A stretch of DNA of 64,000 nucleotides, from the NCBI GenBank assembly GCA_950097015.1, contig CATNEN010000029.1, positions 6,758,001 through 6,822,000 of the forward strand. Reading direction: 5' to 3'. Below are positions 20,990 through 32,538 of the stretch, in pieces. This stretch comes from Macrostomum hystrix. Its lineage: Eukaryota; Animalia; Platyhelminthes. The translations under genes were made by a program, and so were the position numbers. Position 1 is the stretch's first letter; the number at the start of each line of letters is the position of its first letter. Below the pieces are notes generated by a model, which did no database searches, was not told the origin of the DNA, and saw only the letters and a program-made list of their open reading frames with translations.

Positions 20990-23620
20990 TAATTTTCTGT
21001 GAATCCATGAATTCTGTGAATCCATCAATTCTGTGAATCCATCAATTCTGTGAATCCATCAATTCTGTGAATCCATCAATTCTGTGAATCCATCAATTCT
21101 ATGAATCCATCAATTCTGTGAATCCATCAATTCTGTGAATCCATCAATTCTGTGAATCCATCAATTCTGTGAATCCATCAATTCTATGAATCCATGAATT
21201 CTGTGAATCCATGAATTCTGTGAATCCATCAATTCTGTGAATCCATCAATTCTGTGAATCCATCAATTCTGTGAATCCATCAATTCTGTGAATCAATCAA
21301 TTCTGTGAATCCATCAATTCTGTGAATCCATAATATTCTGTGAATCCATCAATTCTATGAATCCATCAATTCTGTGAATCCATCAATTCTGTGAATCCAT
21401 CAATTCTGTGAATCCATCAATTCTGTGAATCCATCAATTCTGTGAATCCATCAATTCTGTGAATCCATAAATTCTGTGAAATTATAAATTCTGTGAAATT
21501 ATAAATTCTGTGAATCCATCAATTCTGTGAATCCATCAATTCTGTGAATCCATCAATTCTGTGAATCCATCAATTCTGTGAATCCATCAATTCTGTGAAT
21601 CCATCAATTCTGTGAATCCATCAATTCTTTGAATCCATCAATTCTGTGAATCCATCAATTCTGTGAATCCATAAATTCTGTGAATCCATCAATTCTGTGA
21701 ATCCATCAATTCTGTGAATCCATCAATTCTGTGAATCCATCAATTCTGTGAATCCATAAATTCTGTGAATCCATCAATTCTGTGAATCCATCAATTCTGT
21801 GAATCCATCAATTCTGTGAATCCATCAATTCTGTGAATCCATAAATTCTGTGAATCCATCAATTCTGTGAATCCATCAATTCTGTGAATCCATAATATTC
21901 TGTGAATCCATCAATTCTGTGAATCCATCAATTCTGTGAATCCATCAATTCTGTGAATCCATCAATTCTGTGAATCCATGAATTCTGTGAATCCATCAAT
22001 TCTGTGAATCCATCAATTCTGTGAATCCATCAATTCTGTGAATCCATGAATTCTGTGAATCCATCAATTCTGTGAATCCATCAATTCTGTGAATCCATCA
22101 ATTCTGTGAATCCATCAATTCTGTGAATCAATCAATTCTGTGAATCCATCAATTCTGTGAATCCATAATATTCTGTGAATCCATCAATTCTGTGAATCCA
22201 TCAATTCTATGAATCCATGAATTCTGTGAATCCATGAATTCTGTGAATCCATCAATTCTGTGAATCCATCAATTCTGTGAATCCATCAATTCTGTGAATC
22301 CATCAATTCTGTGAATCCATCAATTCTATGAATCCATCAATTCTGTGAATCCATCAATTCTGTGAATCCATCAATTCTGTGAATCCATCAATTCTGTGAA
22401 TCCATCAATTCTATGAATCCATGAATTCTGTGAATCCATGAATTCTGTGAATCCATCAATTCTGTGAATCCATCAATTCTGTGAATCCATCAATTCTGTG
22501 AATCCATCAATTCTGTGAATCCATCAATTCTGTGAATCCATCAATTCTATGAATCCATCAATTCTGTGAATCCATCAATTCTGTGAATCCATCAATTCTG
22601 TGAATCCATCAATTCTGTGAATCCATCAATTCTATGAATCCATGAATTCTGTGAATCCATGAATTCTGTGAATCCATCAATTCTGTGAATCCATCAATTC
22701 TGTGAATCCATCAATTCTGTGAATCCATCAATTCTGTGAATCAATCAATTCTGTGAATCCATCAATTCTGTGAATCCATAATATTCTGTGAATCCATCAA
22801 TTCTATGAATCCATCAATTCTGTGAATCCATCAATTCTGTGAATCCATCAATTCTGTGAATCCATCAATTCTGTGAATCCATCAATTCTGTGAATCCATC
22901 AATTCTGTGAATCCATAAATTCTGTGAAATTATAAATTCTGTGAAATTATAAATTCTGTGAATCCATCAATTCTGTGAATCCATCAATTCTGTGAATCCA
23001 TCAATTCTGTGAATCCATCAATTCTGTGAATCCATCAATTCTGTGAATCCATCAATTCTGTGAATCCATCAATTCTTTGAATCCATCAATTCTGTGAATC
23101 CATCAATTCTGTGAATCCATAAATTCTGTGAATCCATCAATTCTGTGAATCCATCAATTCTGTGAATCCATCAATTCTGTGAATCCATCAATTCTGTGAA
23201 TCCATAAATTCTGTGAATCCATCAATTCTGTGAATCCATCAATTCTGTGAATCCATCAATTCTGTGAATCCATCAATTCTGTGAATCCATAAATTCTGTG
23301 AATCCATCAATTCTGTGAATCCATCAATTCTGTGAATCCATAATATTCTGTGAATCCATCAATTCTGTGAATCCATCAATTCTGTGAATCCATCAATTCT
23401 GTGAATCCATCAATTCTGTGAATCCATGAATTCTGTGAATCCATCAATTCTGTGAATCCATCAATTCTGTGAATCCATCAATTCTGTGAATCCATCAATT
23501 CTGTGAATCCATGAATTCTGTGAATCCATGAATTCTGTGAATCCATCAATTCTGTGAATCCATCAATTCTGTGAATCCATCAATTCTGTGAATTCATCAA
23601 TTCTGTGAATCCATGAATTG
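20990..23620. repeat. 17-bp satellite, ~155 units (aattctgtgaatccatc), with a 1448-bp higher-order duplication
   Basis: Direct inspection; diagnostic variant units recur exactly 1448 nt apart. Confidence 0.97.
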
Positions 23621-24845
23621 TGTGAATAGATAATATCGCTTCACTTATGTGACGGCAGAAGAGAAAACAAGCGAGAAGAAGCCTCAAAGTGTTTAGGCTC
23701 CATGTGAAGCGAATGTAATTTGACCACAAGCAGTCTAACTACGCAAAGTATTATATTTAGGGTGGTGAAAAGCTTGTGAATGCCTAGGTATTGATTTACT
23801 AAGCACTATAGGCGCATAGTACGTTCATATACATACATATTCTGGCCATTTCACAGGTGAGTAGGGGGGTAACAGAACAACATGCTAAGCAGCACACATC
23901 AGTGTCGATGGTATTATTTCTAGGTAATTAAAATATCATCACATTCATCCGCTGCCAGAGCGCGCGTAAATCTTTCTCACGCGGAGTGGCGACAGGTCAC
24001 GTGATATTCGAATAACCATGCAATTAGATTGATAATTGTTTCAGCGCATTGCGTGAGTTGGCCGTGCCGCGTACTGGGGTGGGTGTGAATGTACGCAGAG
24101 GGTAAAGTCTATTATTAGAAAGTAGGTTCGCCGCCCACTTCCTTACTCATGCGCAAATGCATAAGGACTACGCTGCCCGCGTGTGCATGTACAATTTAAG
24201 CAGTCGAATGCCACACCCAATGAGGGGTAGAAGGCGCTCATGTTTCTTACCTATCGCTGACTCAGACCTTAATATCAATTCGGCAGTCGCGTACAGAACT
24301 TAGAGCTCGCGAAATATATATTGCGTATATAATGCACAGAATTTAGACACGTCGACACGCAAAATATCAGAATAACATTGAGACGAAAGGTCATTGTTTG
24401 CTTTGAGTTATTAATACCAATAAATGATTTTTTAAATGATTTAAATGATTTTATAAACATTGATTTTGCATACTATTTGTTTTGATCAGCTGCGCAGGTA
24501 AGCTATCGTGTTTGTTAAAAGCAAAAAATTCTCCGTACTTTAACTAAAGCTAGCATGCCTGTCTGTTTTGGCTAGTTAGCTGCGCCTAAAGAAACATAAT
24601 AAAACAAATAGAAAACTGATTTTTAAGAAACCAAATAGAGCTGGCTTTTGTCCACAAACACTTGCGCAACTAGCTCATAATTTCTTTAATTTCATGCTGC
24701 CATTCTTGATTTACACTCTTCGAAAATGTAAAATTTGTGGTCCATTTAAATTCCATGACACTGCTTCTAATATTCTTAAAGCAAATTAACTCCCTCTATT
24801 AATTAACAGCCGATGACAAAAACTTTCTATCCCAATTCTTCTTAA

Positions 24846-25182
24846 GGAGTTAAGTGGCAGAGCGGTTAACGCGTTTGCCTCTCGTACCAAGGTCCCTGAG
24901 CTCGATTCCGCGCAGCCGTGGGCAGGGCAGGGGTCTTGTACAATTCACGCTCTTGGGAGCCAACCTCCAAGGCACAGTGAGAGTGGACACTGCCTGATGA
25001 TGAGAAATTCAGGGCAGATGTACACACCTGTGTACGTGTGCCTGCGTACAGTAGCTATGGTCGTGTGTGCTCAGGAGTCAGCGAAATGGGCAGAATTGCC
25101 TCCTCGCTGGCTGCGGGTCAAGTGTCACCAAATGATGTCTTATTGTCCATAGCCCTCCTGCAATTATTATATTATTATAATT
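24846..25182 (+). mobile_element. tRNA-derived SINE, family 1, apparently full length
   Basis: A-box-like TGGCAGAGCGG, B-box-like GCTCGATTCC, GC-rich body, (ATT)n-like tail; second copy at ~28200. Confidence 0.72.
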
Positions 25183-25677
25183 AGCCCCGTTTATTAATGA
25201 ATGTTGAATTAATGAGTGTTCAAGAAGATACATATATATTTGATTTAATGACCTTCACCCAGAAACTCTGTATATCAGTCCATTCCCAATGGGACAAAAA
25301 TCCATTGAGTCCATTAGTCATTAATAATTAGCATTTTAGCTTATCAAGGGAAGCTTTTCTAAAAATGTACTCGCCAAAACTGTGTCGCGATCAAAACAAA
25401 TCTAGCATTAGCAGTCATTTATAATTTAGACTTTGTTCTCTTCTGTCTGTTCATGCGCGACTGTCTAGAAGTATATGCACTCGGGGAAGTTCGGTCCATT
25501 GGTCTAGTTCGCTGCGGCTCTATCCCATGTGTTTTTTGTTTGTCGGCGTAATCATGTTGCGCTTCAGCGACTGTAATAATGACATTGTCCGAGATAGGCA
25601 GGATTGGCAAAGTGAATTGACGAATTTTGGAATTAGGAGTTTCTAAGCACTTAACTAAGCACTTTTCTAAGACTTGT

Positions 25678-27510
25678 AATGATTTCGGGTTTAGGAAGAT
25701 TTCGGGTTTGGTATTATTTCAGGTTTGGGATGATTTCGGGTTTGTGAAGATTTCGGGTTTAGGAAGATTTCGGGTTTGTGATTATTTCAGGTTTGTGAAG
25801 ATTTCAGGTTTAGGAAGATTTCGGGTTTGGTATTATTTCAGGTTTGGGATGATTTCGGGTTTGTGAAGATTTCGGGTTTAGGAAGATTTCGGGTTTGTGA
25901 TTATTTCAGGTTTGCGAAGATTTCGGGTTTAGGAAGATTTCGGGTTTGTGATTATTTCAGGTTTGCGAAGATTTCGGGTTTAGGAAGATTTCGGGTTTGG
26001 GATTATTTCAGGTTTGGGATGATTTCGGGTTTGTGAAGATTTCGGGTTTAGGAAGATTTCGGGTTTAGGAAGACTTCGGGTTTAGGAAGATTTTAGGTTT
26101 GGGATGATTTCGGGTTTGTGAAGATTTCGGGTTTAGGAAGATTTCGGGTTTGGGATTATTTCAGGTTTGGGATGATTTCGGGTTTAGGAAGATTTCGGGT
26201 TTGGTATTATTTCAGGTTTGGGATGATTTCGGGTTTGTGAAGATTTCGGGTTTAGGAAGATATCAGGTTTAGGAAGATTTCATGTTTAGACAGATTTCGT
26301 GTTTAGGAAGATTTCGGGTTTAGGAAGATTTCGGGTTTAGGAAGATTTTAGGTTTGGGATGATTTCGGGTTTGTGAAGATTTCAGGTTTGAGAAGATTTC
26401 AGATTCGTAAATATTTCGGGTTTAGGAAGATTTCGGGTTTAGGAAGATTTCGGGTTTAGGAAGATTTTAGGTTTGGGATGATTTCGGGTTTGTGAAGATT
26501 TCGGGTTTAGGAAGATTTCGGGTTTGGGATTATTTCAGGTTTGGGATGATTTCGGGTTTGTGAAGATTTCGGGTTTAGGAAGATTTCATGTTTAGGAAGA
26601 TTTCGTGTTTAGGAAGATTTCGGGTTTAGGAAGATTTCGGGTTTAGGAAGATTTCAGGTTTAGGAAGATTTCAGGTTTAGGAAGATTTCATGTTTAGGAA
26701 GATTTCGTGTTTAGGAAGATTTCGGGTTTAGGAAGATTTCGGGTTTAGGAAGATTTTAGGTTTGGGATAATTTCGGGTTTGTGAAGATTTCGGGTTTAGG
26801 AAGATTTCGGGTTTGGGATTATTTCAGGTTTGGGATGATTTCGGGTTTGTGAAGATTTCAGGTTTGGGAAGATTTCAGATTCGTAAATATTTCGGGTTTA
26901 GGAAGATTTCGGGTTTAGGAAGATTTTGGGTTTAGGAAGATTTCGGGTTTGTGAAGATTTCAGGTTTAGGAAGATTTCGGGTTTGTGAAGATTTCAGGTT
27001 TAGGAAGATTTCGGGTTTGGAAAGATTTAGGGTTTGTGAAGATTTCGGGTTTAGGAAGATTTTAGGCTTGGGATAATTTCAGGTTTGTGAAGATTTCGGG
27101 TTTAAGAAGATTTCGGGTTTGTGAAGATTTCGGGTTTGCGAAGATTTCGGGTTTGTGAAGATTTCGGGTTTGTGAAGATTTCAGGTTTGTGAAGATTTCG
27201 GGTTTGTGAAGATTTCAGGTTTGTGAAGATTTCGGGTTTGTGAAGATTTCAGGTTTGGAAAGATTTAGGGTTTGTGAAGATTTCGGGTTTAGGAAGATTT
27301 TAGGCTTGGGATAATTTCAGGTTTGTGAAGATTTCGGGTTTAAGAAGATTTCGGGTTTGTGAAGATTTCGGGTTTGCGAAGATTTCGGGTTTGTGAAGAT
27401 TTCGGGTTTGTGAAGATTTCAGGTTTGTGAAGATTTCGGGTTTGTGAAGATTTCAGGTTTGTGAAGATTTCGGGTTTGTGAAGATTTCGGGTTTAGGAAG
27501 ATTTCAGATT
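25678..27510. repeat. 17-bp satellite (gatttcgggtttaggaa / gatttcgggtttgtgaa)
   Basis: Direct inspection; ends ~110 nt upstream of the FIP-like ATG. Confidence 0.95.
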
Positions 27511-27620
27511 CCCAAAACTCACGATTCTCTGGTGCCGTGTGATCCTCCTTCATGCTCGTTCCGCTTTGCGCGAGTCTTAAACTTCGCTGATTAACAAACC
27601 TAACAGATTAACGAGTCCGG

Positions 27621-30551
27621 ATGCGCCACAGTTCGCTTCGTCGTCAGCAGCCGCAGCCGCCGTCCATAGCCGAAGCTGCCGACAGCTCCTGCGGTGATTC
27701 TGGCATCTCCGGAGCTTCAGGCTGCGCTTCGCCCACGCAGGGGCACAGACAGCAACAGCAGCAGCAGCCGCTCCTAGCCGATGGCTGGCAATTTCACTCG
27801 ATGGCAATGTCCGCCATCAGCGAACTGCCATCGCCGATGTCATTAACGACAGGACTCCCTACGGCAGCAGCAGCAGCAGCAACCCCACCGCCAGTCCTGG
27901 CCTCTCGTCTCACCCAGAGTGTGAGCTACGGTCGTGGGTCGTCAGCCCAGGCCAGGAGGCAGGCCGTGGCACACAGCCTGGCCATGCTGAGCCACGAGAC
28001 CCGGACCAGGCAGAGGGAGTTGGAGAAACGGGAGCGCGAGGTTCAGGAGGCCACCGCCAAGGCTACAGAACAGGTGAGTTCCTGAAAGATTAAAAAAAGA
28101 AGCAAGTACTCTAAGACAATTAAGAAACAAACAACAGAAACCCAGCTGCTATTATTGTCGTAATAGAAATCAATTTGTTTGAGACATTCAAGCTTAACTG
28201 GCGGTGAGTGGCAGAGCGGCGTAACGCGTTTGCCTCTCGCACCAAGGTCCCTGAGCTCGATTCCGCGGCGAGGCCACATTTATTTGTGGCGCAGCCGCGG
28301 AGAGAAGGCTTGGGGGCTTGTCGTGCAATTGACGCCATTGAGGGCCAACCTCCAAGGTACACTGCCTGACGATGAGAAAGTACGTCGTACAAGACAAATA
28401 GAGAGATGATGACATAAGCACTGCCAATTTATATTATTACACATTAATAGAGAGTCAAAATATTCTTTGGCTTGCAAATGGGAAAGCATTTTCTGATCAC
28501 AGCAGACTAGGCTGAAATCACTACAAGAGAATTTATTGATAATATAGAAATGACGGAAGTAATGTTAGTTTTTATCGTGACTGACGGACAGGGCGAAGGA
28601 ATTATCAAATTCTTACAGATACTGCCTGAATTCGATAAAGCAAGATAAGTCAATTGGTGTGGCTGGCTTTCTACTCATTCTAATAGTCACTGGGCGTGAC
28701 TGCTGAAGGCTGTTAAGTGTTTAGTTTGTTGACCTCAGCTTTAGGCTCGCCTGTGTTGGAATGTACACCACTTGTGTCAGTGGAGGAAAATATTTTGGAT
28801 CTCAGCAATATCTTTTTTATTCTACAAAAAAGGCCAAATTTAGACTATAAGCACTCAATCAAATAGTTTTTGAATCTCAATGTCAATGAGGTGATATTTT
28901 TCTTTCCATTCTGAGCATATCATTATGTCTCACTGCTCTCCGCTCTCCCCCTCCGCTCTACCTCTCCGCTCTCCCCCTCCGCTCTCCCCCTCCGCTCTAC
29001 CTCTCCGCTCTCCCCCTCCGCTCTACCTCTCCGCTCTCCCCCCTCCGCTCTACCTCTCCGCTCTCCCCCTCCGCTCTACCTTTCCGCTCTCCCCCTCCGC
29101 TCTGCCTCTCCGCTCTCCCCCTCCACACTCCCTCTCCGCTCTCCGCTCTCCCTCTGCGCTCTCTCGCTCCGCTCTTCACTCTCCCTCTCCCTTTGTGAAT
29201 TCGTTTTTTCGCTCCTATCTTTCGTTAAATATACGATCAATTTTTGTTTCATTTCTTTTATCATGCTAACTAAAGTCGCCAATTATTCAAACAGATTGAG
29301 TACGTGCTCAAAATGGCGGACAAGGCGCACAAGCTGGAGGATGAGAACGCCCAGCTGCGCGACCAGCTCGAGCTGTGCAAATCAGAGATCGGCAGCTTAT
29401 TGGACGAGCTGCAGCAGCGTGAAGCGGACCTACAGGAGCGCGAGGACTACTGCCAGGAGCTGCGACAGCAGCTCAGTCGCTTCAGGCAGGACGTGGCCCA
29501 AATGCGCACCTGCGCTGACCAGCTCAAGGTGTGCTTGTCCCCTGACATCCCATAGTATCACATAAAACCCATTGTATCACCTGACATCCTATTGTATCAC
29601 CTGACATTCCATTGTATCACCTGACATCCTATTGTATCACCTGGCATCCTATTGTATCACCTGACATTCCATTGTATCACCTGACATCCTATTGTATCAC
29701 CTGACATCCTATTGTATCACCTGACATTCCATTGTATCACCTGATATCCTATTGTATCACCTGACATCCTATTGTTTCACCTGACATTGTCAAAGGTGGA
29801 AAACTCGGTGCTGAGCGACACATACCGGGCGGCGGAGCGGCTGCAGGCCATCGAGGATGCGGTCGCTTCCGCTGCTGACGCTGAAGAGCTTCGGCTGACA
29901 AACCAGAGGCTTCAGCGTCAGTTGACACAGACAGAGACGGAGACAGCCGCTCTGTTGACCCAAATGGAGCAGCTTCAGCAGCGGCTGCAGCAACAGCAGC
30001 AGCAACAGCAGCAGCAGCAGGCGGCAGACCAGTCCGGCGGAGACTCTCGCAGCAAGCGCGAACTGCTGCAGACGATTCGCCGCCTGCTGGAGGAGAAGAT
30101 GGCCTGGGAGGCTTACTGCGCCACGCTGATCCGTCGGGCTGTGGACTGCGCGCCGCAGCTCCTGCTGGCGACCAGCAGCAACGCCGCCAACGGGCCGGTT
30201 GAGAGTCGTTGGGAGGCTGCCTTCAACAATCTGTTCCGCGTTGTAATGCAGAAGGATCCGCGGCTAGCGGAGGGCCTACAGCAGCAGCAGCCGATGACGG
30301 CTTCATCATCTGCCTCGCAGCCTCAGCATCGGGAGCAGCAGCAGCAGCAGCAGCAGCCGCAGCATTCTTCAATCCGTCGGCCTCGAGCGTCGACAAATTC
30401 ATCGTCAACCTCGGCCGGCTCGTCGAATTCCACGACAGCGGCAGCGTCGGCCTCTTCGTCGACTAGGCTAAGGCCGAGGCCGATCCTGCAGCCAACGATG
30501 CGGTCGGCTAGGCCGGCTGCGCCACAGCCGCGGGTGCTTCAGATGCACTGA
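27621..30551 (+). CDS. Coiled-coil protein with C-terminal FIP-RBD-like motifs (Rab11-FIP3/4 / nuclear fallout-like), ~480 aa. Exons 27621-28073, 29295-29528, 29796-30551
   Basis: Three phase-0 joined exons with heptad-rich segments. SKRELLQTIRRLLEEKMAWEAYCATLIRRAVDCAPQLL aligns without gaps to the FIP3-type RBD pattern S-x2-E-L-x3-I-x12-Y-x3-hh-x2-hh-x3-P-x-hL (recalled, not searched). Confidence 0.72.
28200..28440 (+). mobile_element. tRNA-derived SINE, family 1, copy in FIP intron 1
   Basis: Shares gtggcagagcgg..aacgcgtttgcctctcg.accaaggtccctgagctcgattccgc, gccaacctccaagg and acactgcctga.gatgagaaa with 24846-25010. Confidence 0.72.
28930..29175. repeat. CT-rich low-complexity repeat (ctccgctctcccc / ctccgctctac) in FIP intron 1
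   Basis: Direct inspection. Confidence 0.85.
29570..29790. repeat. 20-bp minisatellite, ~11 units, filling FIP intron 2 (attgtatcacctgacatcct)
   Basis: Direct inspection; runs up to the AAG acceptor at 29795. Confidence 0.95.
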
Positions 30552-31144
30552 AGGCGCACATTCAGAAGCTGATATTTTACCGGACCGCAAAACACCTGCA
30601 CTCAGATTGCAATAATTGTGAGCCATAGAATCGTAGAATTTCTCGCACAGCTTTGGTGGCCGGCTCGCTTGTGCTGCATTTTTTAGTTCAAGTCAAATGT
30701 ACTGAGCATGCGGTTGAGTAGTTCTCTAAAATTTGAGCTAATACATCGTGCGGCTGGCTTTGTTGCGCTATGAGTTTTGTTTTATCTATTCGATTCACTC
30801 TTGATTTTTGCTAGCTGGAATGACTAAACTTGTTATTGCCGTTACAAGAAAGTTACATTGGTATTACTGCTCTAGTTTTTACTGTCATTATTATACGAGT
30901 TTTAACCGGGTTCGGTGAGTGGCCTATTTATGGACCGTTTTTTATTTCAGTTATGGAATCATACTCCATTAGAATGCTTTGTTAGCCCTAGTTATTACTG
31001 ACATGTCAATACAACGCAGTTAACTAAAAGTACATGTAATCTATGTTTGTACAAGTGTGAAAACTTCATATTATTAGCTTTTGTTTTAAAATGGATGTAG
31101 CCATTTGAGTAACTCCACTAACCCCTTAACTCCATCACCGGGTT

Positions 31145-31400
31145 CACAGGTCGGGCTTTCGATTCCCGACTCTACTGGAATAATTTGTGTCTTGGTCTTG
31201 GTCTCGACGATGCTGGCTCGTACGGCTTTGAACGACTTTTACGAAAATCGGCCATTTGGTCTGGGAGCCATCCAGGGGGAAATAGTGTAGTCTTTCTACT
31301 GTTAAGGGTGGGGGTGGCGCTTCCCAGTCCATGGACTGAGTAGTCGTACACAATACTTGCGGCTGCGCTGTCGACTGCACGTGTCCCATTGGGTTAAGAG
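31145..31400 (+). mobile_element. Diverged tRNA-derived SINE, family 2
   Basis: Degenerate B-box (aggtcgggctttcgattcccg), ttgtgtcttgg, and tcccagtccatggactg shared with the 41.7-kb copy. Confidence 0.45.
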
Positions 31401-32538
31401 CAAAGATATAGTTTTTACTATTATTAATTCTACTTGTAGTGCTTATAATTAAAAACTATAAAAAGAGAACCTTTCAAAAACGTGAAACGTAACGGCAATT
31501 GGCTTAAGGTAAAAACGATGATAAGTTATTTTATACATCGCATCACATGGCTGCACCGAGTCGAACTATATATTGTAGTAGGAAAATAATAATAAATTCG
31601 TCCAAAAGATTCACAATAAATTGAGTCAAGCTCAAAAGGCGGCGAACAGAAATGGAGTCGCTAACGCGCATATATATAAGTATATAATTAGACAAATGAT
31701 ACACATCTGACAACCTTGAATTTGTGCTACACATACAGACAAGTCCCAACATGAGCAGCAAAATGCCAATTCTGTGATTTCCTACCATACTCAAATAACA
31801 TTGAGTCCTTTATTCAGACTTGAGTAAGCGGAAAGTAAATGTTGATTTATGCTTTTAATATATTTGAAATGTACAAAAAGCAAAAAAACGTATTTTAAAC
31901 GATGTATAATTACACTGCAAGCAATGTTTTTCTAACATTTAGCGTTTTCGGAATAGCAAGTAGTAAATCTTGTCAAACCATCTTTTAATAAACATTATGC
32001 GCTTAAGTACGCTAGTGCAAGTGCCTCGGGCAGGAAGGACAGCTTGAAAGGATAATAATAAACAGTGCTGAATCACACAACACACTACTAAGAGTAGAAA
32101 TACGCGGTGTGCGAGCTGATTTTTACATACATACATAATTTGCATTTCCTTACAAAAAATAAAAATGAAAATAAAGTTTTTTTGTTAAACGCGAAGCACC
32201 TAGCGTGGAAGATTTTAACAACGAGTTTATCAAAAGTACATCAGGCGAAAGCCCAGCTTCCTATTTGAGCGAGTTCTTTTTGTCAGCAGATCGAAGCATG
32301 AACAGTATAATTATATATGTCAAATAATGAACTTTTACAAAATTTGCAAACCAGATAATACAAGCAGAAAGCAATCGAAAAAAGGCGAGAATAGAAAAAA
32401 AATATTTGAAACGAATATAATATAGAATTCTGTAAAAAGGGAAGAAAGTAGGGATAGCAAATCCACTGTTCATTGTTCCCATTCCGTTGCCTAAAGCCTA
32501 GATGCAGCAATCAATTTCCATAACAGAAAAATCGAATG

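Noticed and set aside
25678-27510. Telomere-like reading of gggtttag
   Set aside because: The motif is embedded in a 17-bp unit; there are no tandem TTAGGG or TTTAGGG runs.
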